Source: Salinivirgaceae bacterium (lineage in GTDB: Bacteria; Bacteroidota; Bacteroidia; Bacteroidales; SZUA-534). From it: a DNA stretch of 64,000 bases. Each line of letters opens with the position of its first letter. Within the stretch, counting starts at the first letter, position 1. Position numbers and translations under genes: made by a program. The DNA lies in the NCBI GenBank assembly GCA_017474765.1, contig JAFVGW010000032.1, positions 66,989 to 130,988 on the forward strand. Reading direction: 5' to 3'. Positions 29,788 to 38,098 of this stretch are shown here, one piece after another. Below the pieces are notes generated by a model that ran no database searches, was not told the DNA's origin, and saw nothing but the letters and a program-made list of their open reading frames with translations.

Positions 29788-30024
29788 TCACTTCGAATTA
29801 ATAATGCTGATGATTTCGTCAAGCGTTTTTTTCGAATTAGGCATAATGTTCTCTGGAACTGGCTTACCTGTTGCTTTCGCAGCAAGAAAACGTTTGCATT
29901 CCTGATACTTTCCTGGAACAAGGCAGAACATATTGCGATAAGCCACTCCTGTATAATCATTAACAAGAACGCCTTTTACGAAAATCGGGCACTTCTCAAT
30001 ATTTTTACATACATCGTTTTCCAT
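29788..30024 (-). CDS. small (78 aa) cysteine-containing hypothetical protein
   Basis: Non-overlapping ORF downstream of pepC with its own terminator. Four Cys (CKNIEKC ... C ... C). Confidence 0.55.
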   Translation of the reverse strand: MENDVCKNIEKCPIFVKGVLVNDYTGVAYRNMFCLVPGKYQECKRFLAAKATGKPVPENIMPNSKKTLDEIISIINSK

Positions 30025-30102
30025 ATCATTTTTTATTTATCCAAGCCCCATATACGACAATATCGCTGGCAGGTTACATTTTTTTCAAGAAAAACGTATT
30101 TT

Positions 30103-31500
30103 TTACTTTTCTTCAGCAAACATCGGGTCCCAGGCGGGAAGTTTGACTGGTTTCTGCTTCAAAATTTCAAGAATCTGCTCCGAACAATATTTCCTGTTCA
30201 CAACCACGCGGAACATATACTCGTTGAACCATTCATCGGTCATAATCAGATGACCAGCATGCCCGTTCGACGCGCCCCAACTGTTCTGAACCTTCCATTT
30301 CACAGGCTTTCCGTCGGAGTTTAAATCAACGGCCACGAGCGTCATGGCATGGCTCGATCCGCTGTCGAATGTCAGAATTCGCTGCTTCTTGTTCATGCCG
30401 AAAGTTGTGCCAAGAAGGCTTTCGTAGTCGTAGTTTTTCAGGTCGAGAATACCAGTCGCACGGTTAAGGCTTTTGGCTACATCGCAACTGAAATACATTG
30501 CCGAACTATCTTTCAGACTGGCAATGACCAGTTGCTTGAGGTCATCGAGTTCAAGATTGACATACAGCCAGTTATGTCCATCATAAAGGTGGCGGTCGTA
30601 GTCTATTTCATAAACTTTGTTGTAGGGGCGCGATGGGTCGTTCATAAGCATCACGTAGTCGGCATAAAGGTCGTCGACCGGGCCACAAGCTTCTTTGTAA
30701 AACTCAAGCGGAGTGTAAGTTTTCGGTTCGCTTTTGGGCTTGCCGCTGCCGTCTTTGGGAGCCCAACTGAACTGCGTAACAGGCTCGCCGTAAGCCATTA
30801 CAAGCATCCGATAGATGGTTTTCAGCTGTTCGGTTTTCATTTGCTCAAGCGCCTTCTGCCCCGCCCCGCCTTCGGCTTTCTCGCGCAAAGCAATGCCAAA
30901 CTCGCGCAACTTGCGTTTCAGCACATTGTCGATTTCCGATGTGTTGTTACTGTTATACGTTTCTGCCATAACATCTTGTGGTACAAGGCCATATTTCATT
31001 ACAAGGTCAGCAACTCCAGTGTATGTTCCGCCATCGCTCAACGGATTTTGGAAGAGCCAGCGCACCATTTGGTCGTCGATTGGCAGCGAGCGCGTGTCGA
31101 TTATGCCCTGCAGAAACAGATTGCTTTTCTCTAACTGGTCGTAGAAGAAAAGATGTATCTGACTGAAAAAGAAATTGTTTACTCCGAACTTTTGCATTGC
31201 TCTGGCGCGAAGCACGTTGGTGCCGGCAAAGAGCCAGCAGCGCCCGCTGCTTTTTTGGTCGGAGATGCCGCTGTAAGGGACTTCTACATTGAAATAAGTG
31301 TCGGGTGTGGCAGTGTTGGCGCGGTTCAGTGCCAGCGATTTGAGCGGGTTGGCACTTATGGCGTTGAGCAAAGCCTTGTCGGTTGGCGAATTAGTGTAAC
31401 TCTGCTGCAATGCTTGCAACACCTGCGGAGTGATTGTCGGTTGAGCTTGCGCGGACAGCGTCAATAGCGCGAATGCCGAAATAAATAGCCGTTTGTTCAT
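30103..31500 (-). CDS. pepC: aminopeptidase C / bleomycin-hydrolase-like cysteine peptidase (C1B) with signal peptide
   Basis: Active-site context QKSSGRCWLFAGTNVLR. C-terminal HAMTLV...VQNSWG. 465 aa. Confidence 0.9.
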   Translation of the reverse strand: MNKRLFISAFALLTLSAQAQPTITPQVLQALQQSYTNSPTDKALLNAISANPLKSLALNRANTATPDTYFNVEVPYSGISDQKSSGRCWLFAGTNVLRARAMQKFGVNNFFFSQIHLFFYDQLEKSNLFLQGIIDTRSLPIDDQMVRWLFQNPLSDGGTYTGVADLVMKYGLVPQDVMAETYNSNNTSEIDNVLKRKLREFGIALREKAEGGAGQKALEQMKTEQLKTIYRMLVMAYGEPVTQFSWAPKDGSGKPKSEPKTYTPLEFYKEACGPVDDLYADYVMLMNDPSRPYNKVYEIDYDRHLYDGHNWLYVNLELDDLKQLVIASLKDSSAMYFSCDVAKSLNRATGILDLKNYDYESLLGTTFGMNKKQRILTFDSGSSHAMTLVAVDLNSDGKPVKWKVQNSWGASNGHAGHLIMTDEWFNEYMFRVVVNRKYCSEQILEILKQKPVKLPAWDPMFAEEK

Positions 31501-31576
31501 CTCGATAAAATTTTAACTCTCCAAATCTATAAAACATTTGCTTGTTGTGCTACTTTCGCAGCTCAATTCAGACAAG

Positions 31577-32554
31577 ATGGCGCAACTGCAAGCTTTTTTC
31601 GATTATGTGTGGCACCGCGGCAAGAACTCTTGCCTGACGCTATTCAAGTTTATGGTGCCTATCTCGATAATAATCAGATTTATACAACAATGGGGACTGC
31701 TCACGTATGCGTGCGACTATCTTGAGCCGGTGATGCAGATTGTGGGACTTCCTGCCGAGACTGCAATTGTGTGGCTAACTACCATGGTTGTAAATATTTA
31801 CGGCGGTTTCCTAACTCTTTTCAGCATCTATCCGCAGATGGAACCGATGACTGTGGCGCAGATGACCACTCTATTTACAATGATGCTGGTGGCGCACACC
31901 TTCCCCATCGAGATTACCATTGCGCAGAAAACGGGCGTCAAGGCGTGGGTGATGACTGCCATCCGTTTTGTTTTCGCCATTCTGCTTGGCATTATGATGT
32001 CAAGGATGTACATCGCGCTCGGTGCCTTGCAGGACGAAGCCACCATATCGCCGTTCCTCACCACCACGCAAACAAGTTGGGGCGCGTGGGCACTGAACGA
32101 GTTAAAAAACTATGCCATAATCACTTGCGTGATATTCACTTTGGTAATCTTCTTGCATTTGCTCGATGTTACGGGACTAATCCGCATTGTGAACAAAGTA
32201 ATGGAACCCACGCTCAAATGGTTGGGAATCAGCCAGAAAGTTCTGCCGATTACCATCATCGGCCTCACACTTGGCATCGCTTACGGCGGCGGTCTGCTGA
32301 TTGAAGAAAGCCGCCAGAAGGACATCGACATAAAAGGCATCTTCTACTCAATGACGCTTATGGGGCTGTTCCACAGCATTATAGAAGACACGCTGCTAAT
32401 GCTCTCAATGGGCGGCCATTGGACGGGCGTGGTGCTGTTCCGCTTTGTCTATGCCTGCACCATCACCTTCATTTTTGTGAAATGCACCAACCGTATGCCC
32501 ATCGACAAATTCGAGCGTTTGTTTATGACTAAAGCGGTGAAAAACAGAGAGTAA
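31577..32554 (+). CDS. nucleoside-recognition (Gate) domain membrane protein
   Basis: Polytopic membrane protein. LEPVMQIVGLPAETAIVWLTTMVVNIYGG is typical of Gate-domain proteins. First ATG at 31577 is preferred over the TTG at 31538. Confidence 0.8.
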   Translation: MAQLQAFFDYVWHRGKNSCLTLFKFMVPISIIIRFIQQWGLLTYACDYLEPVMQIVGLPAETAIVWLTTMVVNIYGGFLTLFSIYPQMEPMTVAQMTTLFTMMLVAHTFPIEITIAQKTGVKAWVMTAIRFVFAILLGIMMSRMYIALGALQDEATISPFLTTTQTSWGAWALNELKNYAIITCVIFTLVIFLHLLDVTGLIRIVNKVMEPTLKWLGISQKVLPITIIGLTLGIAYGGGLLIEESRQKDIDIKGIFYSMTLMGLFHSIIEDTLLMLSMGGHWTGVVLFRFVYACTITFIFVKCTNRMPIDKFERLFMTKAVKNRE

Positions 32555-32621
32555 CCAAAAACGCCGCACAAATCAGAATTCGCACGGCGTTAATGGTTAT
32601 CGTATTGACAATCAATGCTCA

Positions 32622-33368
32622 CTACAAGCCCATAAACTTCTTCGCATTGTTGTAGAAGATATTTTCAAGTCCCTCGTCGTCGACGCCGCAAGCCGCAACT
32701 TTCTGAATCTCAACAGTTGGGTGGTTAAACGGCGAGTCGATACCGAACATCACGCGGCCGTGGCCGACAGTGTCGTATGCGTTCTTAATCTGACAACTCA
32801 TTGACGTGCCCGACGTTTCGAGCCAGATATTGCTATAGCGGCGGGCCATAGTTATCGCCGCATCGACATACACCCCGTGGGCGTGGCCCATATGAATCAT
32901 CACAATGGGCAGGTGCGGGTGACGCTCGGCCAGAAGCCCGATTTGCCACGGCAGCGAGAAAGGCGGGTGCCCCGAATGCACAAACAGCGGACGGCCGTAT
33001 TTCTCGCAGAGTTCGGCCACAGGGTCAACGCACGGCGCGTCGGCGGTGTAGCCATCGAAGAGCGACTGCAGTTTGGCGCCCGCAAAATGCTCGTCGCGCA
33101 GATAATGCTCGAGCAGGTCGTAGGCGGGCTGCCCCTGCGCGCAGTTCACCCACATCAGCGGCACAATCTTGTCGGGGTGCTGACGGTAGGCCGCCAACGT
33201 ATCGTCGTTCGAGTAGGCGCTCGACGCGCAAAGAATGGTCCTCTCGATATTGTATTCCGCCATCTGCTCAAGCAGCCGCTCGGTGTTGAAATCGATATTG
33301 AACGGACTGCCGAACGCTCCAATATGCGTGTGTGCGTCAATCTTTTTGAATCTACTGAAATCGTTCAT
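32622..33368 (-). CDS. amidohydrolase-family metal-dependent hydrolase (TIM barrel)
   Basis: N-terminal IDAHTHIG metal-binding motif, HSGHP, MIHMGHAHG, C-terminal FGIDSPF. Confidence 0.75.
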   Translation of the reverse strand: MNDFSRFKKIDAHTHIGAFGSPFNIDFNTERLLEQMAEYNIERTILCASSAYSNDDTLAAYRQHPDKIVPLMWVNCAQGQPAYDLLEHYLRDEHFAGAKLQSLFDGYTADAPCVDPVAELCEKYGRPLFVHSGHPPFSLPWQIGLLAERHPHLPIVMIHMGHAHGVYVDAAITMARRYSNIWLETSGTSMSCQIKNAYDTVGHGRVMFGIDSPFNHPTVEIQKVAACGVDDEGLENIFYNNAKKFMGL

Positions 33369-33466
33369 TTATAGCGTTTTATTTAAAAGGTGTAAAGATT
33401 AAAATGATTTTAATCCAATGGCGCAAAAGTAACTGATTGCAGCAGTTTTTTTTGCAGAATTTCACG

Positions 33467-33506
33467 AAAAAAATCCGCCGCAAGAGCACTTTCCCCCTTG
33501 CGGCGG
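33467..33506 (-). terminator. intrinsic terminator after pstS
   Basis: Minus-strand CCGCCGCAAG-N12-CTTGCGGCGG followed by ATTTTTTT. Confidence 0.75.
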
Positions 33507-33530
33507 GTTCAATCCGCGAAAGCGTTTATA

Positions 33531-34508
33531 TTATTTATTTTCAAGCAAATCCAGCGCTTTCTGAATCTTTTCTTGAGTGATTTCGATATAGCCCACGGGC
33601 TCGTTCTTTTTCTGACCGTCGGTGAGCACATATTTCAGGAATGCCACAACCACGGGGTCGGTCGGGACGCCTTTGGTGACAAGGTACAAATCGCGGGCGG
33701 GCGGCGACGGATAGCGGCCTTCGGCAATGGCCTTCGTCACGTTGTCCTTCAGGTTGTAGAACTGCTCATCATCTGATATTGAGCCGTTTTCATCGGTATC
33801 GACAGGAAAAATCTGAAGGTCGGCGTTCAGGTTGTGCGTGTCGTTGTCGTAGGCGTAACCGATATTGTTGAAGCCGATTCCGTAGATATCCTTCTGAATG
33901 GCTGCGGCAAGCCCAGGGTCGCCGAAGACGGCCGTTCCGCCAAGGTCTTCCTGCTTGGCGCCGAACCAGTTGGCAAACGTTTCGGCAGCGCCGCAAGCGT
34001 CAGAGCGGGTGTAAATGTGAATCGGCGTCTCATCGTCGGTTCCGAGCACATCGCCCCAAGTCTTCACATCGCCGTCAATCCAAATGCGGCGGGCTATCTC
34101 TTTGGTGATTCCGTGCTCAAGTATCTTGCTGATAATCGGGTTATTGGCGTTGATTGTCGGCACCACGGCATCTTTAGCCGACGGGAAACCAACGGCGCCA
34201 TTCTCCTGCTCCTGCGGATAAACTTCGCGCGAAACCATTCCGAAATCGACCACGCCAGCAAGCACGTCGGTCATTCCCTTGCCCGCGCCGCCAGCCGACA
34301 CATCGACCTTCACGCCAGGATTCAGTTGTTGGAACTCTTCGGCCCAGACCACCGCCAGCGGATAGAGCGCAAACGCGCCCGACAGCGACAGTTCGCCCTT
34401 CAGTTTGCCGTCTTTTGTAACCTTGTTGCCCGACGTGCTACCGCCGCACGAGTTGAGTGACGCCGCCGCTACGGCCGCAATCACCACGTAATTTAAAATC
34501 CTTTTCAT
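33531..34508 (-). CDS. pstS: phosphate ABC transporter substrate-binding lipoprotein
   Basis: Lipobox AASLNSCGG. PBP-like fold motifs LSGAFALYPLAVVWAEEF...VSAGGAGKG. Confidence 0.85.
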   Translation of the reverse strand: MKRILNYVVIAAVAAASLNSCGGSTSGNKVTKDGKLKGELSLSGAFALYPLAVVWAEEFQQLNPGVKVDVSAGGAGKGMTDVLAGVVDFGMVSREVYPQEQENGAVGFPSAKDAVVPTINANNPIISKILEHGITKEIARRIWIDGDVKTWGDVLGTDDETPIHIYTRSDACGAAETFANWFGAKQEDLGGTAVFGDPGLAAAIQKDIYGIGFNNIGYAYDNDTHNLNADLQIFPVDTDENGSISDDEQFYNLKDNVTKAIAEGRYPSPPARDLYLVTKGVPTDPVVVAFLKYVLTDGQKKNEPVGYIEITQEKIQKALDLLENK

Positions 34509-34672
34509 TTTTAAAGTTTTAAGTATTTGAAGTTTAAAGTTTTAAGTTAAAAGTTTAGAAGGTTAGGCGCTTCGCTGTTTAGAAGGTTTAGTTGAAAGTT
34601 TAACAAGTTGAAAATCATCATTTTTAATTGTTAATTGTTAATTCCTAATTTCTAAATCCTAATTCCTAACTA
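34509..34672 (-). repeat. intercistronic A/T-rich word-repeat element, copy A (porin -> pstS)
   Basis: Shares TTTCAACTTGTT(A/C)AAC, AGCGAAGC(G/A)C(C)TAA(A)CCTTCTAAAC and AATTAACAAT..AAAAATGA modules (sense strand) with 46915-47036, and the 5' module with 40146-40347. Confidence 0.7.
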
Positions 34673-35740
34673 TCAATATTTCACCGTCACCATAAAGTAA
34701 ATCCCGTTGCGGTTGTCGCGGCCCTTGTTGTTTTCGAGAGTGTAGTTCAGTTTTAAATCAATGGGTTTCACGGGGTTATAGTCGAGACCGACGGTGATAT
34801 CTTGCTCCGAATAGTCGCTGTTGTCGGTGTCGTCGTCGAAGAAATCGTAGCGGGCAACCAACGACAAGCCTTTCACAAATTGGTATCCGCCAGCAACATA
34901 GAAGCCTTGCGAGTTCAAGTCGCCAGTTTTTCCTGCAATGTATTCAGCGCGCGCAAATGCCTTTGCCGATTTGTATGCCACGCCGCCGCCAAAGCGGTTC
35001 ATCGAAACGTAGAGATTGGTGTCCTGCGCCGCAAACTTGCGTGTGGCTTCGTTGTAGCCAGGCAGCGCGCCTTCGCCCCATTGGAAGTAACCCGCAATCG
35101 AAAGTTCCTTTATCGGATTGACAATCAATCGTCCAACAATGTCCTTCGACTCGTTGTTGTCGTTAGCGTTAAGCGTGTGGCCGTTGAAAATGGCCAACTC
35201 GTAGTTCAACAACGAATAACCGTCCTTCTTGAACGCGCTGCCCAAGAACTCAAGGCCAAGGTCGCGACCGTTTTGATTGTAACCCGAAAGGTCGTTCTTG
35301 CTCATTCGCACAAGCCGTTGAACCACAAGAGAATAGTTAATAAACTCAAGTTTCACAGGATTGTATTCCGAGTTCTCGATTGATAGCGGCGATTTGTACT
35401 GTCCCAACCGCACGCCAAACTCGTTGATAGGCTTGTAGCGCACAAACAGGTCGAGAATTTTTGGCGTTCCAGTGAGTTCGAGTTGCAGTTTGTAGTCAAC
35501 CTTGCCAGCGTCGCCTTTGTAAAGGTCGCCCTGCAAAACGAGCCTTGCGCGGCGAAGCAGGAAGGTCGATTGCGGCGCGTCGGTGTAAGTGTAGCCCGCC
35601 TGCAAAAATCCCGACGGCGTTACAAGTTTCTTAATCTGCCCAGCCAGTTCACTCGTGGTTGGCTCGGCGCCTTCGGTTTGAGCAAACGCTCCCACCGCAG
35701 ACAACAGTAATGCTGTAATAATCAAATTTGTACGTTTCAT
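34673..35740 (-). CDS. phosphate-selective porin O/P family outer-membrane protein
   Basis: Signal peptide, beta-barrel-like alternating pattern, LLRRARLVLQGDL motif, C-terminal aromatic residue. Lies upstream of pstS. Confidence 0.8.
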   Translation of the reverse strand: MKRTNLIITALLLSAVGAFAQTEGAEPTTSELAGQIKKLVTPSGFLQAGYTYTDAPQSTFLLRRARLVLQGDLYKGDAGKVDYKLQLELTGTPKILDLFVRYKPINEFGVRLGQYKSPLSIENSEYNPVKLEFINYSLVVQRLVRMSKNDLSGYNQNGRDLGLEFLGSAFKKDGYSLLNYELAIFNGHTLNANDNNESKDIVGRLIVNPIKELSIAGYFQWGEGALPGYNEATRKFAAQDTNLYVSMNRFGGGVAYKSAKAFARAEYIAGKTGDLNSQGFYVAGGYQFVKGLSLVARYDFFDDDTDNSDYSEQDITVGLDYNPVKPIDLKLNYTLENNKGRDNRNGIYFMVTVKY

Positions 35741-35772
35741 TTTAAATAGTTTTTAGTTTTTTCAATCTTTAT

Positions 35773-35877
35773 TAACCTATCGAATTAATAGGTTATTCGT
35801 CGGCAAACATACAAGGATTTTGTTTCTGCCTATCGGTTTGGTAGGGGAATTTTGGAAAAATACGATTTTATACTTAC
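35773..35877 (-). promoter_or_regulatory. leader signature of the porin-pstS operon: palindrome plus conserved 21-nt box
   Basis: TAACCTAT-N7-ATAGGTTA (35773-35795) and AAAATACGATTTTATACTTAC (35857-35877). The box is identical to 41317-41337. Confidence 0.45.
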
Positions 35878-36118
35878 GGGGTGTGGCGGAAATACGTAAG
35901 TTGAAGAAGGCGGTATGAGGATATTTTGCTTTAAATTTAAAAAAACGAAATAGAAGCACGCGGCATAAGCCAAAGGCAATAAGGCTTATCTATTTGGTAG
36001 TTAGATTGCGGCGGTGCAGTAAGCAAAAACCGCCACAGGCTTCTCTCCCACGGCGGCTAGTATAATTATTGGGCTGATACATTACCTCATATGCTGCCCG
36101 CACCAGCAGTGCCCGCAA

Positions 36119-37198
36119 TTAAGAAACCCAACTAAATTCCCTACTCGATTTCCTGAGTAAGCGCCTGATTCTACGTCTCCGCATATTCAACCAATGCTCG
36201 AGCGCCAGATTTTCAACCTCATAGTTGTCAAGAGCCGTTTTGCGGCGCCGCTCCGATTGAAAAGCCTGAATAATGTACGCACCAATATGGCGCCTCATCT
36301 TTTCGCGATAGACCGCATCGAAAGGAATAAGTATCCCTGTGTCTTCAATGTTGTGCATCAATCGGTTAACCGCAGTGCCGAACATCATCATCTGCGAAGA
36401 CGCTGAAATATAGGCGGTTACATTCGGCGGAACGTTCACCCCGCGCATCCTGACAGCGGCTTTCAGCAATCTGAAGTCTTCCGCAAGGTCGTCTTTATTC
36501 ACTATCAGGTTCATCAGGTCGGAATCGGAATCGGGCATTACCGATTGGTCGTCCCAGGGGCGGATAAGTTCTTCTTTATCACCAAAATGCTTCCAAAGGA
36601 AATGGTAAATCAAATCTCTTGAAATATGGTCGTATGACGGATAAATGGTAATCTTTCCGAAGAAATACAACAGTTTGGGATTCTTCATAATAATGGCCAC
36701 AAGGCCGTCCCACAGGTTGTCGAAGGCGAAAATGGAATTTGCGCCGTTTCGGGAACTCTGATATTCGGGTGCGACAAAATTGCGCCCGAGTTCAATGGCG
36801 TATGGCAGATAGTCGTCGATAAACTTCTGCGAAAAGCGGAATTGGTGCGAACTTGCCAGAATCGGCTGACCGCTCTCGTCAAACGCAGCCTCCGAACCCA
36901 AAAGGAATCGGTAGCCACCAATAATCGCCTCGTTGTCAGGGTCCCAGACAATCAGTTGCTTGTAAGGCTTCTCCATCTTATCGTACTCATCAAGGTCAAT
37001 GGCATTGCCTGTGGAACCTCCCGCCTGACGGAATGCCACTTCGCGCAAGCGGCCGATTTCCGTAACAACATTCGGCGAATCGTGCCACGTGACAATGTAG
37101 AGTTCGTTGTGGCCCTTGTTGGTGTCTTGCAGTTTCTTCGATTGGGTGAGTTCCGCCTTAATCAGTTCAACTGGTACGGGTTCAATAATTGTGTCCAT
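36119..37198 (-). CDS. GNAT-type amino-acid N-acyltransferase (OlsB/GlsB-like, hemolysin-like)
   Basis: LREVAFRQAGGSTGNAIDLDEYD motif of the OlsB-like family. Paired with a PlsC-type acyltransferase immediately upstream. Start at MDTIIEP (37198). Confidence 0.75.
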   Translation of the reverse strand: MDTIIEPVPVELIKAELTQSKKLQDTNKGHNELYIVTWHDSPNVVTEIGRLREVAFRQAGGSTGNAIDLDEYDKMEKPYKQLIVWDPDNEAIIGGYRFLLGSEAAFDESGQPILASSHQFRFSQKFIDDYLPYAIELGRNFVAPEYQSSRNGANSIFAFDNLWDGLVAIIMKNPKLLYFFGKITIYPSYDHISRDLIYHFLWKHFGDKEELIRPWDDQSVMPDSDSDLMNLIVNKDDLAEDFRLLKAAVRMRGVNVPPNVTAYISASSQMMMFGTAVNRLMHNIEDTGILIPFDAVYREKMRRHIGAYIIQAFQSERRRKTALDNYEVENLALEHWLNMRRRRIRRLLRKSSREFSWVS

Positions 37199-37209
37199 AA
37201 TGAAAAAAT

Positions 37210-38067
37210 TCAATCTACGCCTGACGGCCAAGGATTTGAGACAATGCCCGCCATATCAAGCATCGCTTTATGTGCAACATCACGCATCCGCGCGGGTTCA
37301 TCCTTCCGCGACGCTTTAACATCGGGGATAATCGGGTCGCCAACGCGAATGGTGAGCAGCGGCTCGTTTTTACTGATAAACTTGCGCCAGCCAGTGCGGG
37401 GCCTGAACGAAATCATCAACGGCACTACAGGAAGCGAGTACCTGTAAGCCATATTGAATGCTCCTATTTTGAAAGGCCGAAGCGGCGCGTAGAATTTCCA
37501 ACTGCAACTTTCGGGGAAAATGTGAATCCACTGCTTGGCTTTGTGCAAGTCGTCTAATGCCTGCGCGAACTTTGTAAGCCCGCCATACTCATCGGGAATG
37601 GCTATGCCGCCAATGGCTTTCATTACGAATCCGTCTTTGCCGTTGAAGGGCTGTGAGTACATTGGAATCCACGCCTTGCGGAAACGCATTGCCTGCATAA
37701 CGCATATCATATCCCAACGGTGAACGTGGTTGCAGACGGTCATCACGCCATTGGCGAAAAGTTTGCGGTTGCGACGGATTTTCTCGCGGCCTTCAATCTT
37801 AAGGCCATACCTGATTCGGTTCACGGGGAAAGCCACTGCCCAGGTAATAAGATAGATAACCGAATGTATTATTTTGAATTTCAGCGATTTGTCGAGATAG
37901 GTATAAGTCTCATCGAATTTAATGTCCTTGTTTTTCCCGCGTATGGGCGCCATTCTTGTGAATGGATTATCACCCGAAAAATCCGCATCGGGTTCAGGAA
38001 CATACACGCCTTCCCTCACCTTGAAATTCCGATACGCAGGGCCGTACGCTGAATAGTCCATTAACAT
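37210..38067 (-). CDS. lysophospholipid/lyso-lipoamino-acid O-acyltransferase (PlsC family, OlsA/GlsA-like)
   Basis: HX4D motif NHVHRWD and FPE (IFPESCSW) block. Start trimmed to MLMDYSAY to remove the overlap with cysH. Confidence 0.75.
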   Translation of the reverse strand: MLMDYSAYGPAYRNFKVREGVYVPEPDADFSGDNPFTRMAPIRGKNKDIKFDETYTYLDKSLKFKIIHSVIYLITWAVAFPVNRIRYGLKIEGREKIRRNRKLFANGVMTVCNHVHRWDMICVMQAMRFRKAWIPMYSQPFNGKDGFVMKAIGGIAIPDEYGGLTKFAQALDDLHKAKQWIHIFPESCSWKFYAPLRPFKIGAFNMAYRYSLPVVPLMISFRPRTGWRKFISKNEPLLTIRVGDPIIPDVKASRKDEPARMRDVAHKAMLDMAGIVSNPWPSGVD

Positions 38068-38098
38068 CAAGTTTATCAGATATTTAATTGGACTGTTA

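Noticed and set aside
29611-30324. 237-aa plus-strand ORF
   Set aside because: It runs through two intrinsic terminators and is antisense to the 78-aa gene and pepC.
33497-33515. GGCGGGTTCAATCCGCG resembles a tRNA T-arm
   Set aside because: It is the descending arm of the pstS terminator hairpin. No acceptor, D or anticodon arms can be drawn around it.
34509-34672. Mini-ORFs inside the intercistronic elements (for example MMIFNLLNFQLNLLNSEAPNLLNF here, MKNDSFQLVQQRSTKPSKL at 46915-47036, MKADDER at 40146-40347)
   Set aside because: The conserved nucleotide core falls in different frames in different copies and the peptides are unrelated. Conservation is at the DNA/RNA level.
35777-35959. 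60-aa minus-strand ORF in the porin leader region
   Set aside because: It overlaps the conserved non-coding box and palindrome, has an odd composition and has no start context.
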